A stretch of DNA of 62,808 bases, filler included, from Sluysia triapertura (GCA_046118255.1; 5 parts of 5 records of this genome joined end to end with filler, not necessarily neighbours in it), one strand, 5' to 3'; shown: positions 39,824-55,734, numbered from the whole stretch's first letter. Notes: a model not told the origin generated them from the letters alone. Numbers and translations: made by a program.

Positions 39824-41749
39824 CTAACAAAATAAATATAACGGTAATAAGAATAAATTAAATATTAATGAGGAATTAAGATAAAGCATCATGACGATTT
39901 GCGTTAATAAAATAAGTGTAAAATATTTAAAATAAAGGAAAGTGATGTGGTGTTTCCTACAGTTAACCTAAGGCAAAATATTTTTGAGCAAGGTCTGGTT
40001 ACAGTAAACACATGGTGGGCGTTCCTGTAACTTTATAAGTTAATAATTATCAATAAATAAAATTCTAATTCCAATAAAGTTATTGTAGCTAACAATGACA
40101 AGACTATGAATCCAAAAATTTTATTATTATGCAATTATTTATTTGTAAAATAGATATTAAAGACAATAAAAGAAAAATAAAAGATTTAAATATTGTAATT
40201 AAAGCTGTAATAACCTCTAATTGTATTATATAATAGATTAATTTACCTGTATTTTACCCCTCAATATATCGGGGAAACTTAATGTTTTTCAAAAATAAAT
40301 TTTAAGTAGAATTTAATATACTAATTTTCTTGAAATAAAATTAGTATTATCTTATAAAAAATATCTTACGTGATACATGGACAGCTGGTTCTGTAAGGAT
40401 ATTCATTAAATAATTCACCAACAATATATCCAAAATGACGACGTTGGAAACAAAGTTTTAAAATTGAAATGGCGATTCTCATTACTAGTATATATATCAG
40501 TCATTCTAGAACATTCTAGAAGCTTCTATTCTATTTTTGGAAGCGAATTTTATTTTGTTTTTTCGAAAAATGATTTCTGCTAGTGCTTTTCTTACACTTA
40601 ACTACTAACAAATTAGATTTTACACAATACGTTCGCCCGCGATTAAGGTTTTACTCTTACGCGACGTTCCCGTAGGATTTTAATAATTAAATTTAATGAG
40701 TCTGTCAACTTAGTAAGTTATGGCTTTAACAATTACTTATATCAAAAAAGTGTATTGCTTCAGTTCTAAATTAAGTGAGGGTTTATGATGTCTACTAAAA
40801 ATTTAATTGTTTAACTATTTTTTAATTTTCAAAATAGCTTATTTTAAACACTATGGTTTTTTCTCTTATCAGACCACGACTTTACGAAAAAAGTTATCTT
40901 TTAATCCCCTAACTCGTTTTTTGGAATTATTATAATGCCTTAAGTTATAATTCTTTATAATTTTGTTGTTTATGGAATTGTTATAATGCTTCACTATATT
41001 CCTATTCGATTACTTTTGAAACAATAACTCCATCTTTAATTCACTTTTGGCTATAAACTAAATTAATCAATTCTTGATATTTAATTGTTTTATTTTTTCT
41101 TTCTATCTAATTCTGAATCCTTAAACTATTTCTAAAATAATGAAAAAATAGATAATATTATATAAAAGCAATAATAGCACTAAAAACTAAATACAGAAAA
41201 AACTAAATTCAGAAATACCTCGTAACAAATCTATTAAATATTTTGAAAATTGAAATTGTTGCCAACACAAATTAAAAAATTAAACATCTATTTTTGATCA
41301 AAATTAGTGCTTAAAAAACAAACCAAAACTTATAAATAAAACTTACAAAATTTTAATAAATATGACACAAGCTATAAAAATAATTCGATTCTTTGATACC
41401 ACTAATATAGTTTCGCAACAAGGAATAAAACGAATTCACAGTGGATCTCTCCAAGAAAAGTATGTGAAATTTAAAATGAAATTGACCAAGAAATTATACC
41501 AATTTATCAAATTACAAATTATAAAAAGTCTTTTTTAACAAACCTGTGTCAAGATTAATATGTGAGTGCTCTTATATGCAAATTCAGGACTCAATTCTAT
41601 CAGGTCAATATATTTTTAATGAATTTTATTTTTTTTATTAATTATAATATTTTATTTTTCAGGAAAGATTAGCTAAAATATTAATTGATATTTATTTACA
41701 TTTAGGATTTCAAATGGGTTGTTATTATTATTGTTATTAATAATATTTT

Positions 41750-41750
41750 A

Positions 41751-41825
<75 letters not shown>
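41750..41825. repeat. compound (TTA)n(TTG)n microsatellite
   Basis: Direct inspection. Confidence 0.95.
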
Positions 41826-44084
41826 ATTAATATTATTTTATATTTTCAGATTCTTCGATTAGGAAACTTTACATTTCTTTTTTTGAAAATAAATATTTTG
41901 TTATTTTAATGGTTTTAAAAGACTTTTAAATAATCTTAGAGCATTTTACATCAATTTTGAGGGTTGTTATGACAACCTAACAAAAGGAAGATACTAAGAA
42001 AGAAACCTTTAAAAGCTTTACTTATTATAGTATAAAAGAAAATTTATTAATTAATTTAATTAAAAATAGTTTAATTTAAAAGTGCCCGCACATGATAAAA
42101 TAACATTAGAATTATTGCATATGTTGAATTTATCAGTATTCTTAATGTTGAAATGTTACGAAGCAGTCGACGTATATTACGTAATCTAAAATTAAATTTA
42201 TATATGTTGTGATGCTCATGAAGATACCAACTCAAATATGTTATTGAAATAGAAGTGCGATGTAAGATTGACTCATGACGTATTATATGAAAAACTTCCT
42301 AAAGAAAACAAATTTAGTGGTTGATTAATTTTGTTTATTTAAGTTGATAAATTATTTTAATAGTAATCTTTTCTCTAATAATGATATTAAATTGTGATTA
42401 GATTATGTTAATAAGGTAAGGGGATTACAAATCCTATTATCATTGGGTGATTGCAGGAGACAATAAAAATGAAGTAATTATAATCAAGAAGAATATAATA
42501 AATCTGGTACAAATACAGTTATTATAAAACCATATACTGCAAATGACAACAATAATACTCATAATTTTAAAATTTTACTAATATATGCTTAAAATTCATA
42601 ATAATAATTCATTTATGTTTTATAAGTCAGTTCTAAACTTATTCGTCCAGCTTGTCATGAATCAAAAATATAAGTAACTGGTTTCTTCTATGAAGGTTTT
42701 ACTGATAATATTGAAATGGTAACAAATGCTAATTTTAATTTCATGTCAAAAGCTTAAACGTGTAAATAATTTTGTTTTGTCACAATAACGAATTACTTTT
42801 CTATCCGTGATGTAAACGCAGACAAAGTTTTAATTGTAAAAAATTTTTAATTTTAAATATTCATGTAAAATTTTTAATCTATAAAATTTAACAAATCTAA
42901 AATAGTTATTAGTATTATTATTACCATTATTATTTCATTATACTATTTATTAAATTTATATTACTTTATTATGTCTAATATATAAAAATATTTAAAAAAG
43001 TACAAGTACAGATAGTTTATAAAGTTAGTCATCACAAATTATCATAAATTTCACGAGGTCAAAATAAATAAAATGCAGCACAAGGTGAGAATTTACAAAT
43101 CGTTAACAAATGTATTTGGGTCTTGAATCATTGATTTAAAAACATAAGATTGTTATACAATTTAACTATCGTCAAAATGTTTTTTCTCTAGTAGCATTAA
43201 AAGTGTTAATGGAATATTATTGTCATTCAAAGAAGCAAATTGTTGATAATTAAGCGATTACAGTCTTACCACTTAAAACAAAAATTATAGTTAGTTTTTA
43301 TTGAATGAGCGCATATTATTTTTATAAAGCTGTTAAACTTTACTCAAATTTTGTTAATATATTTTTGTAATATTTTAATTAATTACAAATCCAAATTATT
43401 TTGCAAATTTATAAATGAGTTGATTATCTTTTGATAATCATATAAAGTGATTATAAGTTTTTTAAAATTATTATTATTTTTAAGTTGGATAATTTTTATA
43501 GTTGAGTTAAAATTAATTTGTATAGATAAAAATTATAAATATATTGTTTTAACCAGTTGTTCTTTTTAAATTGTTAAATAAGGAACATGCAAACTTTAGA
43601 ATTAATACCTTTAGCAAATCACTATCTTTCGCAGTTAAATAACTTATATAGTTGTAGAATTTTATAAAATTTGGAAGAATAAATAATAATTATAAACGTA
43701 CAATGATCCAACTCATCATTGAAAATTTACCACGACACAGCCACTCAGCCAAATAACCTAATATAGTAAAATTTAATTTAAAATCTAAAATTTCTATAAA
43801 AATATTATGAAATTTTACTAAATTCCTATTACATTTCTTTTTCCTTCATTACAATATATCACTTTGAATTTTAAATGCCTTTATCTTTACAAAGTACCTA
43901 AAGAGTACGAAGAGTCTTATCGTTACATAAATTAATTTTGAGACTGCTTAAACTTATACCGAAAAACTGAAAATACTTGGAGATTTATATACTAAAGAAG
44001 ATTATAGAAAATCACCAACAAACATCTGCGAACTATGATGAATAACCATTCATACTAACCGATACATGAATCCGATGAAAATTC

Positions 44085-46060
44085 TGTTGGGATTGCCCAA
44101 CTGTGGATCTGGAGACGAATGAAAACATATAAATGAAGGAAAAATGGATATACATTGATGAATTGAACATGATAAACATTGTTGGAATACGAATCGTGAA
44201 AGTGAAAACGTCATAATAGTGTTAAGAGTTTCAAAGACCTATATGGAAGGTTGTAAATGACTTGGAAAACCTTTGAAGGTATTAGAATACCTTTGATCTT
44301 GCGGACATTGAGATAATCTCAGACTTCATTAACCTTTAAGCATTTTTGAAACTTGATATGTATCTAAGATCTTCGAGTGATATTACATAATGTATAAAAT
44401 CTTTATAATATTTGAGAAATAAAATCATGGTTTAAAATAATAAAGATGGGTTTAATATAGTAATAATTAGCATGAACAAAAAAAGGAAACAGAGAGGTGA
44501 AGGTGAAAACATCCGGAGCCTCCTAAATGCCTTATTAACTACTAAATAACTTTAGAACCTTAATAAAACCTATAAACATAGAATAAGATTAAGTCTAAAA
44601 ATAGATTAATTAATTAAAATCTTAATTAACTTAATTAAGAAAAAATACGTTTTCGTGAATATCTTTTGAATGTGGAATGCTTTGTTGAATTTGAAACTGT
44701 GTATGTATTTGTTTTGAAAAGACATCTCGATGAAGATATGGTTTGACCAATTTCATGAAAGGAAAGCCTGAATATTGAGCAAGGTCAAATTTTAATTAAT
44801 TTTTAATTATGGAATGTCAAATTTTTTATACTTAGAGTAATACAAATGTAATGAATAAAATATGAAATGATTTCTATTACGAGGAGAATCTATAAGTGAG
44901 TTTGAAATGTTTGTAGAATGGTTCGTTTGAGAACAAGAAGCTTAAAATATTATTCATTAGAAAATTGGGTGTGAAAAATTAATCAAATCCTAAAAAGTGA
45001 AATTAAATACATTTTTTTATGTACGTTAACAATATTGTTGATTGTTATTTTAATGTGAGAAGTAATTTAAGTAAAAATAGATTGAGTAAAGTAAAAAAGA
45101 AATGATGACTGATAATAAATCAGAAATCTATTTTTTGTACTTAATGAAGTTTGACAGACCGTACCATGTAATTGTCGAAGATGTTATTGTCGGTTTGATT
45201 CTCAAAGAGGTTTGGATGATTTGTGTGAGATAGTGCTTGATTGTGACACTGGGAATTGACTGGATGATGAGAGAGTATAAAATAAAAATTTCTAAATTTT
45301 TACAACACAATTACACAATCACAGGACACAAGAAGATTTGCAGAATTAAGAAGATCCATGCTCTTGGTAAGGATGTTTTATTATTTTACTATTTTATTCT
45401 AATTTATTATCGATGTAATATTGTTATAATATTCCGATTATTATTATCAATATTATTTCATCTGTTTTTAAGGGAATTTCAAATCATTTGGTGAGAGACT
45501 CCTTTTGCAATTTATTTTTTTGGGATTTTACAATTAGTTTTGTGAGAGACACCCTACACATTTTACTTTTCAAATATCTTTTTTTATTTATTACTATTAA
45601 ATTTTAGGAAGAATCTCGGACCAAATTTTTGTTATAATATTTAATTATAATTATGTTTGGTTAGATGTCTGGAAAATTTTGGGCAGTATCAATATTCTTT
45701 ACTTTCTAGATATTGATATTTTTAATGTCTGTTGGGTCACTCCTGGTTTCTTTAGTTATATTGTAGTGTCCTTAATATTATTATTAATCTAGACTTTTTA
45801 ACCAGTTTGAATATTGTTTAGTGGAGATTTATAATAATAATGAATAATATTTTGCTTTTTGTTTAATAGTAAATTATTGTGTTATTTTGATTTGATTTCA
45901 AAGAGTTTAATTTTTGGAATGAATAATTACTGATATTAAATAAGAGAATTTTTGAAAATTTAGATTTGATCTAGTGAATACTTAAATAATTGAGATCCTA
46001 TTTAAGCTAATTAAGTTGATATTTATTTTAAATAATTTAATAATTTTCAAAGACGCAACA
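44085..46060 (-). mobile_element. ~2-kb solo-LTR-like element, TSD ATTC
   Basis: ATTC|TGTTGGGATT...GACGCAACA|ATTC; reverse-complement homolog of 33894-35961. Confidence 0.9.
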
Positions 46061-49000
46061 ATTCTACTACTTTGTTATATAAATTTTTTATTCAATTTTA
46101 TTCAGACAAAGTTCGAAATGGAGTTCAGAATACTTGTATTAATCTTATCTATTCATTTAACATTTCTATTTTGTATCTACTCAATAACTGTTCATAAGCA
46201 AAGACTAAGTCAGCATATTCAGACTAACAATCTTTGTATGTCAGACTGTTTTCAGAAAGAAGAAAGGTCAAAGAAGTTCAATATCTTAGAATCTCGAGAT
46301 GTAATGTTGTCCGATTTTTTCTCAGGTAGGGACAAAATTATTCAAGCCACTGAACTATTACCACCTTTGAAAGATTGTTATACATGCAATGTTTATCTTA
46401 TATGCCGTCAAATATCATATGGTGTTGATGCAGTTTCTTGAAAAACCAAATCAAAATCAAATCTCCGAATAAAGCACCTTATCATAAACCAATTGATGTT
46501 ATAGATGGAAGTGAAGAAGATGATAAACTAGATAGTGCTCAATATAAAAAAACATTAGATAGCGTCTGTATTACGAAGGGATTATATGCAAGATCATGCA
46601 GCTTTTACCGTCAATATTACAATAAAGAATGAAGTATATAGCGATGGAAATAAAGTTTGGATATCCGAATAAGATATGAATTATATCAAGAACTTGATAA
46701 AACAAACAACTAATAATGTTAATGACTTAAGTACTGACAATGTTGTGATGAAATATGTATTATCCAATAGAGAGCGCAAATTTGATTTAAAGAATCCCAA
46801 TAGGGTAATTGATGCAGTCGCTAGACCAAACAAATCGAAAATATTGAAATATGAAAATAAAACCCGTAAAAATGTTACAATTATTGATGATGAATACAAT
46901 TTAATAATATTTTATTTTGTTAAATAGGAAAATAATACTTAACGTTTTACAATTTTTGCATTACAAATTTAGTTTAACCAAATCTAGTTTTATATTTGTG
47001 TACATATCGATTTGAATTTTTATTTAAAAGTTTTAATAAAATTAATAAATTTCTAAAATACTAAATTATATAATTTAGAAAAATATATATACGCTACTAA
47101 AATTAGTAGCTTACCACAGACTACAATCATTTATTTTCGATTTTAACTAAAATATTTGTATTTGTTTATATATTTTAATTGTCATTGCAACTGATAACTT
47201 TGGAAATTAGTTATTCAGTCATTACTTTTGATTAATGTTAGTAAATTTATTCATTGTTTTATACAAAGTCAATAAATTAATGAGAACATTTAAGTCATAC
47301 ATCTTTAGATCCTGCTCAAATAAAGTTCATAATTGAAACTCTTACGAAATCCAATAATGGTAATTATATTGATGATAACTGTAAAATCACTTTCAACGTT
47401 GGAAAAAAACACCATAAAATATTAGTTCATCATATAAAACTGATCATTCCTATTATGTTTATGTCTATAGATCCAATGAAGTTCAGTACATTAGTGATAA
47501 ATTTAGTTGTAACTACGGAGATTAATAGCACGAATCAATTCGAGAGATTCCCCTTTTCCTACTATCTACACAGTCGATGTATGGGTTAATGGATATCAAC
47601 ACTCATTTATTTAGTGACAGTTTAAGTTCGAGTTCTCTATTGGAATTCATCATTTGCAATAAATGTATTCAATGTTCATTTGATAATCGACGTGTATCGA
47701 TATGCGGACAACCTTGTGCGTTATCAATCAATATCACGCACGAATCACGACATAAAATATTAATTCGGTTCACTTTTCTAACTGCCTTAGTACTATTTCT
47801 TTTTACAGATATTTCTTTTAAGACTTTTAAAGTTTTTTTGATACTCGTCGTTTATAGTTTACAATAAAATATCTCTTCGTGTTTATTTTGATCATTCCAA
47901 TTTTTTAATTTATGTTCAATTTAATGTTAATTTTGTTTAATCTTGAAAATTTTATTAAACATAATTTTCAGATTTTTCATTTGATACTTCATTTCAATAA
48001 ACTTCTTCAAATTGTATCCATATTAAAACTCTTTAATATATGCTTACCATGCCTCGCTATAACAGCGGACGTAATTATAACATATATTAGCAATTTAGCT
48101 ATTGACAGCGGTCTTTATTTTACTTCAGAAAAACTCGTTGCACCACTTTAAGTTGACACTTTAATTTCATAAGTCAAATATCGTACGAAACTCACAACTT
48201 ATATATAAAAAGAAAGAATAATTATATTTGAGAAAAATCACCATGATAATGATGAAAAATATAAATCGACATTTTTTTGTTTGACATTACTGATTAATTT
48301 GTGTAAATTTTGATTTTATTTTTTAGTACCTATTTATTTCATTTTTTATGACAAAGTTAGTATTTTGTTAAAATAAAAAATTCCTTGGAAATGTACTGAA
48401 CTTATAAATTAAAAACAAAAAAAATAATCAAAAATAATTCGTTTGGGAATGCGCTAATGATGCTAATTTGGATATTAATTTTAGAGCATAATATTCAATT
48501 TATTTTAATCTTCATGGTATAATTATATTAAAAAATGGAAGTTGTATGGATGTGTTTAGTTTAGTCGAAAAACCAAATTATAATATGCATAAAACTTCTT
48601 GTTATGAAAATATTCGTAAATGTAATTATGGTTAGATGTATAATTTTGATATTTCATATCATTTTAATAAAACCAAAATATTTTTAAATGGTATTCAATG
48701 AATTTTGTGTAATACAATATACATAGAAGTAGAAATCATTAATTTTGCTGAAACTGTTTATAATAATTCAAAATTTGCAGTATATAGTATAAATTTCAAT
48801 TCAATTATAGAAGTAGTAAAATATTAGATGTCAATAATTAAAAGTAAATAAAACATTAATATACTAAAATATTTGGTTGAAAATATCTAGAAGAATTAGC
48901 TAATCATAATATTTATATAACCTATGGATTGCGAAATTGTACGAAAAATGTTATAACTATTTTGTATACAAATTTGAATGAAATTTCTCATTATTAGTTT

Positions 49001-51052
49001 TAATGCGAACAATTCTGCAAACAATGTTTCCCTTAAAAAGACTTAATTACTCAATGCTTATTGTTCCAGAATTTCGTTAGTTTGATATATTTTGTTTTTT
49101 GTTCAATTAATTTTTATTTCTTTTCTTTTTTGTCTTTAAATGGTTAAATGACCCCTTAAAGTCAGAATGATTAAATTCACCAGGTTGTAAGCCGGCTTTA
49201 AATTATTTAAAACGTAGAATTTCAACAAAAAACAAAAATAAAACTCAGACTTAGATATAAGAGCTAATAAAATAATAGTCTATTATTATATTATCCCTAA
49301 AAATGATAAACCTTGTTAATTACAAATAATTCCTTTTCTTTTATTTTAATTTCTATATTTTTACTAGATCTGATATAAATACTTTACAATAAAGGTGTAG
49401 TGTTGAATAATATTGTTTAATTCAAAGCTAATATAGAATGGTTCACAGTTTAAATGAAATTATTGAGTGTCAGAATTACTTGTTACTTGTTAAGGTTCTA
49501 CAATATAGAATGTATGGAAAATTATTAATTACAAGTTTTGGTGAGTGCTTTAAAAGATGTTTGTTTCACTATTGAATTCATTTGTGGGTAACATTTGTAT
49601 CTTAAGTATAATCATTTCTTTGCTTTGTTGAGTTACTGATTTGTATCTGATTTGTGAAAATTTGTTTTATGTAAATTTTTATTAACTCGTAAAATTTTGT
49701 TTTATTAAATATTATTAGATATATATTTTTAAAATTTATATATTAAACTAATTTGTAAAATTAAAATGTACAAAATTAAAATTAAAATAAAATATTAAAT
49801 GTGTAATTTATTTAATATTTTAAAATTTTATTTTAACAATATATATTAGAATCACACTTCAGAACATCTCATAATTTGTAATACCTTCAAACAATCTAAA
49901 CTTGAAATTTTATGTCATCCAAATCTTACCCAACATTGAGAGTCATCAAGGAATTACTGTTAAAATTTAATTGAAATATTTTAAACTTAATTCAACACAC
50001 TTCAGACAAAATCACATTACATAACTTTCTATCCACTTTTCGTCAAAACATTTTCACATTTTGTCTCTTCTACCTACTAAAACCATTCACATTTTAATAC
50101 ATGTTGAATTACAAATTTGTTATAACAAAATCACTTCTACATTCATAATCTTCAATATATTAAAAATTCATTTAAAACATTTTATTCATCATTTCATGAC
50201 TTCAGAGTTGCAAATTACACCTTCAAAGCTAATTCAAAACATTTCATATTTGTAGTCTGACCGCATCGGAGTTACATTCACTTTCAGAATTAACAACCTA
50301 TATTTAAAAAGTTCGTTAAAAACTTTTATTCATAGTCACATAACATTACGGTCATAGAGACATTCGTTAATATTGTATAACTATCTTTTTAAATGTATCA
50401 AAACTGTTGCTATACTTTATTCCTTTCATACCTACTAAACTAGTCTCATTTCAAAACCATCATTAAACCTTGTTCAAAACATTTGCAAATAATCTGTCAA
50501 CATCCAAATCAGAATGACTTACAAAACCTTCAATGTATTGTAACTACATTCATCTATTAATCCTCAATATTGAGACCTCTTACCAACTTATTAGCATTTT
50601 AAAATATGTTAAGAAAAAACCTAAAATCAAAAGAAAGTTTACGTATCAAAGAAATTAAAAGAATTTATGTATTTTAATTCAAATATTATTATTATTATCA
50701 TTATTTCATTTTATTCGCTATTGTATTATAATTATTATTAATTAACAAAATAACTTTATCTTCATTAATTCTTGGTATTTAATTACATTTAATCATATTT
50801 AATTATATTTAATCACTAATTCAAATTGCAGTCAGTCACCAGTTTTAATTTAATACATATAAAGATACTGTACCTTTTTTTACATTTTTACTAAATAAAT
50901 TCAATCAATATTATTTACATAAAATAAATTCTATCACATTTAGTACTTATGGAATAAAAATTTTGAAATTATTCGTGTGGAGGGCAAGAAATATTTTAAT
51001 TTATAAAACTTAAAATTATTTTTATTTTTCTTTTTAATTTTATTAAAAATTA

Positions 51053-51152
51053 NNNNNNNNNNNNNNNNNNNNNNNNNNNNNNNNNNNNNNNNNNNNTTAA
51101 TTAATTAANNNNNNNNNNNNNNNNNNNNNNNNNNNNNNNNNNNNNNNNNNNN
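51053..51152. other. artificial contig linker
   Basis: N-TTAATTAATTAA-N, 100 bp. Confidence 0.97.
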
Positions 51153-52900
51153 AGATCTAGAAACTGTGACCGAAGAGAATAGACGTCTTAAAACAATAGT
51201 TAAAGAATTATTAATCAAACTTAAACGACAGAAAATTAATAATGAAGCAAATCGTGAAGAAACCGATGAAGGAATGTTAGGTAATTTATTATTCACAAAG
51301 GATGTTGGTAGACACACTAAAGAAAATGTTGTTTTTGATAGTAATGCTAGTAATAAAGAATATATAAAAGATACTAAAAAGGACATTAGCAAATTTCAGG
51401 AAATAAAAACTGAATTAAGAATGATCAGTAATAAAAATAAAGAAGATGGAAATCAGAACCTGTATTAACTGAAAAATGTGATATTAAGTTACAGAAAAGA
51501 TTAATAAATACATTGTGCCTTGGTGACATAGTAAATAAGCAACACCCTTCTTTTGAAAAAGAAATAATATAAGAAAAGTCTACAAAATGTGGTAGAAGTT
51601 GTTTTGTGAAAAATAGTATTTCATTATTAAAATATATTTTACCATTAATAACTATTTTAATAGTTCTTGGAGAAAATCACCAAAAATTTAGACTTAGAGA
51701 TGCTCATAGTAAAGTTTGTTCAACTTCAACAATAGTCATATTTATGCTTTCTTATTTATTCGAATTTACAACTTCGAACTCTTTTTTTGCGAAACCTACA
51801 ATAATAAATTAACAAATTTCACTTGGGACAATGAGAAGTACAACTGCATGTGGTCCTGAAAACAGGTCGACTATAGTGGATCTTAACAAAAATCCACACA
51901 TTGAAACAAATACAATTAAAAGACGGCCTGGTCGCCCAAGAAAAAAATGAAGAAAATGATATGCATCTATTTATCTTGCATATTGAGCACAAACTATTTG
52001 TCGAGAAATACTTCACCTAAAATAATTTTGATATCTACCCAGAAAGACATTTACTCTAAAATATTAATAGATAAAATTAAGTTATTTTCTGTTCAAATAA
52101 AATGTTGTATAATGGATTAATGTGAAATTGAAATACGGGCAAGTAAACAAGATTTCTACTGGTTTACATCTTGCATTGATCTTGCTGAATATCAATTAAT
52201 TAGTGTAACAATAACTATAGAACTGGAATATGATTCCCAAAGTGACTCAAAGACTATTTTGATGCGGTATTATAAAATAAAGACTAAACCGTTTACTTTT
52301 CAACAATCATTAACACATGATAGCAAGACTGAATCCCAACAATCGTTGACATCAATTGAATATCTACCGTTATCTGGGAAATATTGTGCGTATCCATAAT
52401 CCATTATGTGGTAATACATTAATAATCGCATATGAATTGCCTGTTGGGTTACGTTATGGAATAATATTACCTGATGATTCTATTCGCTTGTATCGTATAC
52501 CAAATAATAAACTCGTGTTTATTAAATTTTGGATATTAAGAAAACCAGAAATACATGATTCAAAAGGATTTTGGCCAATTGTAGATAAGTACCAAAATGA
52601 TTTCGATACGAAATCAGAGAAAATGATTAGAATTAATAACAATTTTACGAATGTACCTTATGATAGGAACAGAAATATAGGTTCGAATACTACCAGCATA
52701 AGTATGAATATCAGTAAGGAGAATAACGAATGTTCAATTATAAAAGAATCCAACAACAACTTCTTCATAACTTTAAATTATATTTTAATAATAATTTCCT
52801 TACTAACATTAATAATTAATTTTATTATTTATTTATTAGGCACAGAGGCCACTTTCTCATATAAGTTGTAATATATTGCATTGATGACCACATGTAATGG
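51153..52900 (+). mobile_element. heavily deleted, divergent relative of the Gypsy family (copy C)
   Basis: IVDLNKNPHIETNTIKRRPGRPRKNEEND at ~51865 matches the AT-hook ORF of copies A/B; ORF 52356 ends ISMN...NFFI+TM like ORF 57667. Confidence 0.65.
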
Positions 52901-55734
52901 TCATTCATCTTGGGTCATGTGTGATATTAAAATCATAAAAAATTAATTTTAATTTTGTAAAGATAGTAAGGATCATGCATATGACTATTTGTAATGGTTT
53001 ACCATTCATTTCGAGTCATACGCAAACTAAAATATCACTTAACTTTTATTTAGGATTAGGATTTTTTAATTTTTTATATTTTTAATTTACAATAGTACTC
53101 ATTTTATAACCGTATTTCAAAAACGGTGTTCCTTAAATCTTTTTATCTTTTCTCTATGAAATTTTACCTGGATTTTGCGACCGGAATAAAATCGGCGACT
53201 TTATGTTAATTAATGAATGAAATCAAGTAAGAAATAAAAATATATTAGTTATACAATTATACAAAATGATTTTATATAGGAGATAATAAAGGTTATATAA
53301 TAAATGTATAAATAATTTAATAAAGATTATAAATATAATCTTTTATTAATTAATTACCTCCCTCTTAAAAAGTGGGTTGTTAAAAAATTTTACAATCTAT
53401 TAAAATTGAGGAAAACTTATGAAAAACAAACTAACGGTTACAACAAATGGATTATAGATAAAATTTCCAAAAAATTAAATATCGTCCAAAATTCGAATGA
53501 ACTTCAAATAAAAGTTCAAATTAATCGCCGAAGAAAATTGATAAAATTTCAGAAGTTCCTTGAAGATCGTGGTACAAAATCTTTTGATTATTATGTTGTG
53601 TGTTTTTTGTTAAATGTTATGTGCCTTTTATAGTAAATGAGTGATAACTTTGACTGATATTTATTTGAAGAGTTAATTTGTTTTAAAGAATTTAAGAAAT
53701 TAAAAATATAACGATTTTAAATAAATAATAATAATAACAAGAATACCAACAAACTATTAAAATTAAAATCAATAATTTTATTTTAAACTATTAGAATTAC
53801 AATAAAAATTTTATTTTTAGATTTTACAATCAATTTTTAGATTCTACTTAGTAAAAATCAATAATTTATATTTACAGACCTATTTTAGATTAAATAGGTA
53901 AACTATTATAAATTTTAGTTAGATTCTATATTTACACCTATACATAAACTATTTTTAGATTATAAATATAAACTTTAGATATTGACATAACTTTCCCTTA
54001 CGGAAAAATTAGTCTCTAATTTTAAAATAGTGTGGTATTATTATTATTAGTCAAATTCAGAATCACTGTCTAATAAAGTGATCACCGGAATATCATCACC
54101 ACATCCAAAAAATTCGTTTTCAGTTAAATTTTTACCCAGAACACCATATTCATCATTGTCACTGTTATCACTATCGTCTAGATCGACTGGCGAATCCAGT
54201 TTTCTTTTCTTGATAACTGTATCTGACGCCGGATGTTTCGATGTTACCATTTCTGTTTTTGCCGGTTCTCGGTCTTCTGTTATCTTTTCATCTTGTAATT
54301 GTGGATCTTCCTTATAAAATTTCTTGTTATTTAAATTTTTTGATGTTACTTTTATGACTTTTGTGAGGAGGTGTAAAAGGAATAGGCCTATCAAAGTATG
54401 GAAGTTTTGTGCAGATTATGGCTTTGTTAGAAGATGTAGATGGAATGAGAGAAAGATGTGAAGGAGAAAAGGGTGAATGAGAAGAAAAAGAAGGCAAAAT
54501 TGGAATAGAAGTAATTTTTGAATTGTCGATCTATGGCAGAAAGAATCTGTTCTTATTTTGTATCAAGTCAAATAATGATATTAAATCCTTAGCGTGCTCT
54601 AAACATGAAACACGCGGTGGGAAGAGATTTAACAATTTCAAAACCTTCCGCGCCCTTAAGATTGGATTAAATGACTTGTGCGAAACTAAATTTGTACATG
54701 TGAGATTAATGATTCCCCTTAATCAGCCGTATTGAATTTTAAATGTATTAATAATTATGTCGGGGAAGAATGCGACTAATATTTTATCGTATTGTGATGT
54801 AAGCCAATGTTGGCGGATGTCAGCTGTCTTTCGCATTGATAAGGTTGTCTTCCCTTAACCAAAGTTCTGCCGCTAGAAAGTTCCTAATTCTTATACGTGG
54901 TCTTAGTAATTCATCCGAATGGAAAAGTTTGTGATATTGTATTAAACAAACTCTTATTGGCTGGTAATTTTCCTTAAAATCTAGTGCCAACTGTACTGTT
55001 ACGAAGACAAGTTTATTTTTGTCTAACATGGATATATGTGGGGTATGAGTAAATGTTATTCTTTCTTCTCACTTATAAAGATTATCTTTGTCCTCGGCGT
55101 ATAATAAAGGGTGTTTAGTCATATCTAGAGGTTTATCAATGTTCAAAAAGAAAACAGCGAAGGTGGTAGACAGTTCTTCCGCTTCAATGTATACTTTGAA
55201 ATTTGATGTCAGATTTGTTATCACTAAGGAAGAATAGCCTTGTATTCGTGAATGTAGAGGGACTTTGTTCACGAATAATGATATTTTGAGGGAACCCCTA
55301 GCTGCGGCAATAAGCACCTACTGTCATCTTTAAGGTATCCCTGCAAGGTATTTATAATTAAAGGAGATTGTATTTATTGTATATGAAATAAATGTGTGAT
55401 AAAATTTTGGTCCAATTCATTCTTTAAAATGTTTGTTGTTAGGTTTGATTTTAAAAATACATAAGGGGTATCATATTTGCCACAAAAGCTATCTATTCCA
55501 TTGTAAAAAGAGGGAATATTGTTTGTGATGTATGCATGTGGAAGAGTGGTTGGAGATATCTGAATGAAAGAACATGTTTTGTAAAAAAGTAAATACAAAG
55601 TTAGATATTTTAATCGTTAGTTTGTTTAGTTTGTTATTAATATTACATTTATTTGATTATTAATTAACCTATAAATTTTAGGAATCATAAAAAGAAAATA
55701 AATAAAAATGAAAATAAAATATTAAGTACGTTTC

